A stretch of DNA of 5,085 nucleotides. Source: Octopus sinensis. Lineage: Eukaryota. This document shows positions 1-5,085 of this stretch, piece by piece. The translations under genes were made by a program, and so were the position numbers. Below the pieces are notes generated by a model that saw nothing but the letters and a program-made list of their open reading frames with translations, did not search any database and was not told where the DNA came from. The stretch covers positions 1 through 5,085 of the forward strand of contig NW_021830106.1 in NCBI RefSeq assembly GCF_006345805.1, written 5' to 3'. The stretch's first letter is position 1. Each line of letters starts with the position of its first letter.

Positions 1-47
1 AATAATCGGCTTACTTATAGACTTGTCCCCAATGTCCAAACAACTAC

Positions 48-50
<3 letters not shown>

Positions 51-86
<36 letters not shown>

Positions 87-216
87 TATTATATATACAT
101 ACATACATATATATACATACACAACACGCAAAACACACACACACACACACCACACACACACACACCCACAACACACATATATATATATATATAACATATA
201 CATATATATTTACATA
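51..216. repeat. Compound microsatellite (TA)n/(TACA)n/(CA)n
   Basis: (TA)13 at 54-79, TACA units at ~95-120, CA run at ~131-176, then TA again. Confidence 0.97.
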
Positions 217-305
217 TGAAGGACATGCGTCAATTCATTACGGCCGTTTCTAGCAACTCTTTTAACTTAAGTACCTTATTCAACTGAATCTTACTTATAT
301 TTACA

Positions 306-570
306 TGTGTGTCTGTCTGTGTGTCCTTGTATCTGTGTCTCACTCCACTGTTTTACAAGCGGTGTGGTGTTGGTATCCCATAACTTAGCATTTCAATAAA
401 AACGACCGATAGAATTAGTACCAGGCTTAACAAAAAAATAAAATAAAATAAAATAAAATAAAATAAAAGATAAATTAAGCACTGAGGCCGTTTCGTTGGA
501 GTAAAATTCTTCCAGGTGGTGCCCCAGCATGGCCGCAGTCTAATTGGCTGAAACAGGCAAACGGTGAAAG
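306..570 (+). mobile_element. Decayed 3' half of an octopus-type tRNA-derived SINE (OK/OR-type; exact family uncertain)
   Basis: Carries GACCGATAGAAT (404-415) and CCAGCATGGCCGCAGTC (524-540), both exact reverse complements of blocks in the copy at 1527-1828. Starts in a GT-rich linker and ends GAAACAGGCAAA, like the family tail. Family identity is from recalled octopus SINE consensus. Confidence 0.85.
435..464. repeat. (AAAAT)6 pentanucleotide repeat inside the SINE
   Basis: Six perfect AAAAT units, with T at 439, 444, 449, 454, 459 and 464. Confidence 0.95.
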
Positions 571-689
571 CTCGTAAAATGCTCGTTGAATTTCGTCAAA
601 CGTTTTGACTATTAAACATGTCTGACATCAAAACGTTTGCCCGATTTCCGGTTCTGATTTCATCTTTGCCACTTTTATTGCGGATGAGC

Positions 690-1339
690 CTGCTGCTGCT
701 GCTGCTGCTGCTGATAATGATCTGCTGCTGCTGCTGCTGTTGATGTTGCAACTGCTGTTATTGCCGTTCCTGCTGTTTCATGCTGCTATTGTTGTTGCAG
801 CTGTGGCCGTGGCTGCTGCTACTGCTGCTGTTGTTGTTGTAGTAATTGCTGCTGAAGCTGTGTTTGCTGCTGCTGTTGCTGCTGCTGTTGTTGCTGTTGT
901 TGCTGCTAATGTTCTACTGCTGCTGCTGCCATTGCCGCTGCTTCTGTTGTTGTTGTTGTCGTCGTCGTTGTTGATGATGATGATGATGAAACGATGAGGA
1001 ATAGGAGGAGGAGAAAGAAGTGGATTACATCGGTGGTAGTGGTAGTGGTGGTGGTAGTGGTGGTGGTGGTGGTAACCAGGGTGATGATGATGATGATGAT
1101 GATGACGTTAATGATGATGACGATTATGATGATGATGACGATGATGTCTATCATGATGACGATAATCATGATCATGATCATGTTGATGACGACGATGATG
1201 ATGATGATGATGATGACGACGACAATGATGATGATGATGGTGATGATGATGATGATGATGTTAATTGTCTTGATGGTCATGATATTTTAACTATAGGGCT
1301 GCTGCTCTTCTTCTTGCTGTTGTTGTTGTTGTTGTTGTT
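690..1339. repeat. Compound trinucleotide array (GCT/GTT, GTC, GAT, GGA, GGT/AGT, GAT/GAC, GTT)
   Basis: Directly visible imperfect triplet tracts. They account for the ORFs at 740..997, 906..1280, 994..1290 and 1020..1415. Confidence 0.96.
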
Positions 1340-1526
1340 GCCTCAGTCTATATCTCTATATAGAATATATCCAATATCCAATGTGTCCATCCACGTCCAA
1401 GACGCTGTGATGTAATTCGAATGCGATTTAGCTGATATTTCTAACAAACAAATGGCTATTTATTAGATACCTGGTGGTTGTTAAGTCACTTCAATGACAG
1501 TCTCGTGTGAATGTTTACTCTCACTC

Positions 1527-1828
1527 ACTTTACTCTTTTATTTGTTTCAGTCATGTGACTGCGGCCATGCTGGAGCACTGCCTTTAGTCGAGCAAATCGG
1601 CCCCAGGACTTATTCTTTGTAAGCCTAGTACTTATTCTATCGGTCTCTTTTGCCGAACTGCTAATTTACGGGGACGTAAACACTCCAGCATCGGTTGTCA
1701 AGCGATGTTGGGTGGGGGGACAAACACAGACACGCAAACATACACACATACATATACATATATATTTACGACGGGCTTCTTTCTGTTTCCGTCTACCAAA
1801 TCCACTCACAAGGCATTAGTCGGCCCGA
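1527..1828 (-). mobile_element. 5'-truncated octopus-type SINE, same family as 306-570, tRNA head missing
   Basis: The reverse complement reads ...CCTTGTGAGTGGATTTGGTAGACGGAAACAGAAAGAAGCCCGTCG, then a (TA/TG) linker, then TGTGTTTGTCCCCCCACC...GAGACCGATAGAATAAGTACTAGGCTTACAAAGAATAAGTCCTGGGGCCGATTTGCTCGACTAAAGGCAGTGCTCCAGCATGGCCGCAGTCACATGACTGAAACAAATAAAAGAGTAAA. This matches the abundant octopus SINE body and tail as I recall it. Similarity stops at ~1828, before any A/B box. Confidence 0.9.
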
Positions 1829-1891
1829 ATGGTCCTAGAAGGCCTTAGATCGCAGATGAGCTGAGGATTAACGACTTTATCCAACCAAAAA

Positions 1892-2280
1892 GGCGGCGAG
1901 CTGGCAGAAACGTTAGCACGCCGGGCGGTATTTCGTCTGCCGCTACGTTCTGAGTTCAAATTCGGGCCGAGGTCAACTTTGCCTTTCATCCTTTCGGGGT
2001 CGATTAAATAAGTACCAGTTACGCACTGGGGTCGATATAATCAACTTAATCCGTTTGTCTGTCCTTGATTGTCCTCTCTGTGTTTAGTCCCTTGTGGGTA
2101 GTAAAGAAATAGGTATTTCGTCTGTTGCTACGTTCTGAGTTGAAATTCCGGCCGTGGTCGACTTTGCCTTTCAACCTTTCGGAGTCGATAAATTAAGTAC
2201 CAGTTGCGTACTGGGGTCGATCTAATCGACTGGGCCCTTCCCCCCAAATTTCGAGCCTTGTGCCTAAATTAGAAAAGAAT
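1892..2280 (+). mobile_element. Dimeric tRNA-derived octopus-type SINE (possibly OR-type)
   Basis: Head GGCGGCGAGCTGGCAGAAACGTTAG with A-box-like TGGCAGAAACGTT (1902-1914) and B-box GAGTTCAAATTC (1952-1963). Internal direct repeat of ~120 bp at 1927-2047 and 2112-2231. A-rich tail AGAAAAGAAT ending at 2280. No clear target-site duplication. Confidence 0.9.
1902..1963 (+). promoter_or_regulatory. Internal RNA Pol III type-2 promoter (A and B boxes) of the SINE head
   Basis: The A box TGGCAGAAACG partially matches TRGCNNARYGG. The B box GAGTTCAAATTC matches the GTTCRANNC core. Confidence 0.65.
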
Positions 2281-2413
2281 GTTTTCATAAAATGTAAGTC
2301 CTTCCATCTGGCACGACGTGGAGGTAGGACCAACACAAGAATGAATGACTAACTAGGTCAGCAATGGCGTCTGTCCGTATGCTGCAGTTGTCCATTTTGT
2401 TGTTCTTTAAGAT

Positions 2414-2818
2414 CATCGTCGTCGTCGTCCAAAGCATCTTTACACTTTCTCAGTTTTTTTCGTGACAATGATGATGGTGATGCTGATGATGACGACGACG
2501 TCGATGATGATGATGATGATGATGATGACGACGACAACGGCGATGGTGTGGATGATGATGGTAGCAGTGAAGATGATGATGATGACGATGGTAGTGTTGG
2601 AGGTGGTGGTGGTGGTGGTGGTCGTGGTCGTCGTCGTCGTCGTTGTGGTGGTGGTGGTGGTGGTGATGATGATAGCGGTGATAGGGACGATAATGATGAT
2701 GATGATGATGATGATGATGATGGTGTGGTAGTGGTGATGATAATGATGATGATGATAATGATGATGGTAGTGGTGGTGATGATGATGATGATGATGATGA
2801 TAATGATGGTGGTGGTGG

Positions 2819-2873
<55 letters not shown>

Positions 2874-2940
2874 AGTGGTGATGATGATAATGATGATATT
2901 AGTGGTGATGATGATGATGATGATGATGAGGATGATGATG

Positions 2941-2972
<32 letters not shown>

Positions 2973-3002
2973 GAAGTTGATGATGATGATGATGATGATG
3001 GC
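2414..3002. repeat. Large (GAT)n/(GGT)n/(GTC)n/(GAC)n trinucleotide array
   Basis: Directly visible. Accounts for the ORFs at 2450..3010, 2462..2731 and 2548..3198. Confidence 0.97.
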
Positions 3003-3310
3003 AATGACATACTTTTTCCTTTCCTTCTTCAGTTATGCAGTTATTATTTTCTTATTTACCTATTTCATTTATTCATTTATTTATTTGACACATTCAATTC
3101 TCACCTTCTTTTTTTTTTCATTGTTTGTTTCTTTTTTTTTTCCTTTTTCACGTCATTTTAGTTTCTCGAACGTATCGAAAACTCAGAAGAAAATGTAAAT
3201 AATCCGTAAAAATAAATCTCTCGGTGAATCGTAAGATTAAAAGAATAATAAGACCCAAAAAATAATATATAAAATATATAAAAGAGATCAGCCAAAGAGA
3301 AAAAATAAAC

Positions 3311-3377
3311 ATGGCGCTTGTTTGTTCTCATCTACTTTGTAAATCAGAAGCGAAATCGTCTGCTCCAGTAATTTCGC
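3311..3377 (+). CDS. Candidate short first coding exon (MALVCSHLLCKSEAKSSAPVIS, phase-1 donor); product unknown
   Basis: AAACATGG start context at 3307-3314, 22 open codons of non-repetitive sequence, then GTAAGT at 3378-3383. I recognise no homology, so this may be chance. Confidence 0.25.
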
Positions 3378-3473
3378 GTAAGTGTCGTCTGCTAAATCAA
3401 TTTGATGAAAATTTAGTCTGCTTAACGTTTAGCAATAAAATATATAGAAACAATAGAAACAATAACAACAACA

Positions 3474-3714
3474 TGTATCTATACATATATTTATATGTGT
3501 GTGTGTATATGTATGTACGTATGTATGTATGTATGTATGTATGTATGTATGTATGTATGTATGTATATACGTATGTATGTATGTATGTATGTATGTATGT
3601 ATGTATGTATATACGTATATTTATGTATATTTTTATTTGTGTATATGTGTGTATTATTATACGTGTGTGTATATATGTGTGCGTTTATGTATACATATGT
3701 ATGTATTTATTTAT
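3474..3714. repeat. (TATG)n tetranucleotide array with TA/TG degenerate flanks
   Basis: Near-perfect TATG run at ~3508-3611 interrupted by TACG/TATA units. Confidence 0.97.
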
Positions 3715-3723
3715 AAAATGAAT

Positions 3724-3802
3724 GACAGACGTACAGACAGATAGATAGATAGATAGATAGATAGATGATGGACAGGTAGATAGATAGATAGATAGATAGA
3801 TA
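3724..3802. repeat. (GACA)/(GATA)n microsatellite
   Basis: (GATA)6 at 3740-3763 and (GATA)6 at 3779-3802, with GACA units upstream. Confidence 0.96.
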
Positions 3803-3879
3803 CACACGCATGTATGAAAATACAAGACATTGGTTTACATATGTATGAGTGTGTTGCATCGGTCTATTGTATTTTGAAT

Positions 3880-3955
3880 TGTGCGCGCGCGCGCGTGTAT
3901 GTGTGGCTGTGTGTGCGTGTGTGTGTGTGGTTTGTGTGTGTATGCGTGTGTGTGT
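3880..3955. repeat. (GC)n/(TG)n dinucleotide array
   Basis: (GC)6G at 3883-3895 followed by imperfect (TG)n. Confidence 0.95.
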
Positions 3956-4074
3956 TCATCACTTTAATTTGGTGAAACAGCAAAAGTGTTGGAGAGTTGA
4001 AAGGAAGGCTGACGATGGATAGGAGGAAGAATTAGAGAAAAATAGTGAAAGGGAATGGCGTTTTGGAAAATGAT

Positions 4075-4363
4075 GGGGGAGGAAGAGGGGAGGGCAGGGG
4101 GAGGATATGTGGACGGGTAAGGAGAAGTGGGAGAAGATGAAAAAGTCGGAGGGGGAGGGGAGGGAAAGGAGAAGGGTAAAGAGAAGGAGAAGAAGAAGGA
4201 GAAGTAGAAGAAGAAGAAGAAGAAGAAGAAGAAGAAGAAGAAGAAGAAGAAGAAGAAGAAGAACTACAAGAAAAAGGAAAAGAAGAAGTAGAAGGTGGAG
4301 AAAAGGAGGAAGGGGAAAAAGAAGGAAAAGGAATAGGAGGAGGAGGACGACGACGACGACGAC
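4075..4363. repeat. Polypurine-rich low-complexity tract with (GAA)19, (GGA)n and (GAC)n
   Basis: G-runs at 4075-4164, perfect GAA at 4207-4263, GGA then GAC units at ~4336-4363. Accounts for the poly-R/T N-terminus of ORF 4107..4610. Confidence 0.95.
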
Positions 4364-4376
4364 GCAGTTCACAAGT

Positions 4377-4562
4377 TTGTCCCTAAAATATGTAGCGAGA
4401 GTGATAAAAATCAAACATCCAACCAACATCATAGTGTTTGGAGTGATCACTAGTGATGGCGACGCTATGCCTCCATTCAGCTTCCCACACGGCCTTAATC
4501 TCAACATCAAGTCCCTGGAGGAGGTAGTGTTGCCCATGGTCAAGAGGGTGGCTGATGGAAGA
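4377..4562 (+). mobile_element. Tc1/mariner superfamily transposase fragment (maT/DD37D-like), between the first and second catalytic Asp
   Basis: Translates to LSLKYVARVIKIKHPTNIIVFGVITSDGDAMPPFSFPHGLNLNIKSLEEVVLPMVKRVADGR. This matches the maT-type pattern KHP..(I/V)MVFGV(I/V)TSDG.MPP(F/H).F..GL.LN...Y...LE.VVLPW, which normally continues PYVWQQD. No TIRs and no catalytic Asp are retained. Confidence 0.85.
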
Positions 4563-4825
4563 GTCTTTATTACAAAATTTCCTCTCACACTTACAAATGT
4601 TCCATTTTGAATTTAAGACGCTTCAGTTTCCAGTCAAACTTCAGTTTTGCTATTTCAATCAACAAATCTCAGGGTCAATCCCTCAAGGTAGTTGCACTTG
4701 ATCTCTCTACCACATGCTTCTCTCACGGCCAACTCTGTGTTGCTTGCTCGCGAGTCGGAAGCAGCAACAATTTGTTCATTTGGACACCAACAAAATATTG
4801 CGCAATGAATAATGTTTTTCACTGA
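4563..4825 (+). pseudogene. Helitron RepHel PIF1-like helicase C-terminal fragment with two +1 frameshifts
   Basis: Reconstructed as VFITKFPLTLTNVPF / EFKTLQFPVKL / SFAISINKSQGQSLKVVALDLSTTCFSHGQLCVACSRVGSSNNLFI. This matches the Helitron pattern VFIPRIPL.PTD.PFEFKRLQFPV.L.FA.TINKSQGQSL......L..PCFSHGQLYVA.SRV (SF1B motifs V and VI). Frameshifts lie in the TTTT at 4605-4608 and near 4641-4642. The motif VI Tyr is replaced by Cys. Confidence 0.92.
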
Positions 4826-5001
4826 AGTACTTCAACATTGACAGATTTTCTGTTCGAAATTCTATTATCATAACAATTTGGATACTTTCTCATAAAATAT
4901 AGATATTTTGAAATAATTATGAGAATAGATCTTTATATTTATTGTTTACTAAGCTGAAATAAGAAAAGCAGTAACTCGGGCAACGCCAGGTCATCCAGCA
5001 T
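4563..5001 (+). mobile_element. Helitron 3' portion: helicase remnant, AT-rich 3' region and decayed subterminal hairpin
   Basis: CTCGGGCAACGCCAGG (4975-4990) resembles the CCCGGGCAACGCCGGG subterminal hairpin common in animal Helitrons. It is followed by TCATCCAGC where a CTAG terminus is expected, and CTAG itself is not intact. Confidence 0.75.
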
Positions 5002-5002
5002 T

Positions 5003-5006
5003 AATA

Positions 5007-5042
<36 letters not shown>

Positions 5043-5052
5043 TGTATGTATG

Positions 5053-5083
<31 letters not shown>

Positions 5084-5085
5084 TG
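5003..5085. repeat. (TA)n then (TATG)17 microsatellite
   Basis: Perfect TATG run at 5013-5080. Confidence 0.97.

Noticed and set aside
15-253. ORFs 15..203 (-) and 23..253 (+)
   Set aside because: They translate (TA)n/(CA)n microsatellite into YI/CV/HT repeats, with no domain signal.
241-253. CGGCCGTTTCTAG as a possible second Helitron 3' end
   Set aside because: CTAG is followed by C rather than T, and there is no convincing GC-rich hairpin upstream.
740-1415. Four overlapping ORFs rich in A, V, M, D, I or G, including an apparent acidic Gly/Asp protein (1020..1415)
   Set aside because: All frames are open only because the triplet repeats lack stops, and the composition switches with the repeat motif. 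No splice or homology support.
1405-1446. TGTGATGTAATTCGAATGCGATTTAGCTGATATTTCTAAC, reminiscent of another dispersed octopus repeat
   Set aside because: Too short and too diverged to support from memory. It needs a RepeatMasker or BLAST search.
1892-1970. Possible tRNA gene
   Set aside because: A and B boxes are present, but no cloverleaf or anticodon arm can be built, and the sequence continues into a SINE body.
2358-2482. Protein-like - strand frame LSRKKLRKCKDALDDDDDDLKEQQNGQLQHTDRRHC* and the overlapping 33-codon + ORF at 2364-2465
   Set aside because: The D-run comes from a (GTC)n microsatellite. The only nearby acceptor (CAG at 2485-2483) needs a phase-1 intron and does not fit the phase-2 donor at 3105. 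I recognise no homology.
2450-3198. Poly-S/H, poly-M/V and poly-D/M ORFs
   Set aside because: Translations of the (GAT/GGT)n array. The histidine-rich or metal-binding appearance is an artefact.
3311-3744. Full-length ORFs 3311..3721, 3495..3716 and 3499..3744
   Set aside because: Beyond ~3470 they are MYVC repeats from (TATG)n. Only the first 22 codons are kept as a tentative exon.
4107-4376. Arg-rich protamine-like N-terminus of ORF 4107..4610
   Set aside because: Encoded by (GAA)n/(GGA)n/(GAC)n repeats. It lacks the Tyr/Ser pattern and compact gene structure expected of a protamine.
3959-4588. 209-aa - strand ORF
   Set aside because: Antisense shadow of the transposase fragment plus the (TTC)n repeat.
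1-5085. CRISPR array or prokaryotic operon/defence system
   Set aside because: No regularly spaced repeat-spacer structure, no dense coding or ribosome-binding sites, and clearly eukaryotic SINE and microsatellite content.

Overview
Eukaryotic, repeat-dominated, largely non-coding DNA, very probably from an octopus (coleoid cephalopod) genome. This is judged from recognisable octopus-type SINEs and the extreme microsatellite density. The window holds three SINE copies: a decayed + copy at ~306-570, a 5'-truncated - copy of the same family at ~1527-1828, and a dimeric tRNA-headed + element at 1892-2280. It also holds large di-, tri- and tetranucleotide arrays. At the right end, a Tc1/mariner (maT/DD37D-like) transposase fragment is joined in frame to the frameshifted C-terminus of a Helitron PIF1-like helicase, followed by a decayed Helitron 3' end. 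Nearly all ORFs in the supplied track are microsatellite translations, and no intact protein-coding gene is supported. The best leads are the mariner-Helitron chimera, a candidate short first coding exon at 3311-3377, and the inverted SINE pair. I see no strong evidence for a new functional biological system. Family assignments come from recalled consensus sequences, not database searches.
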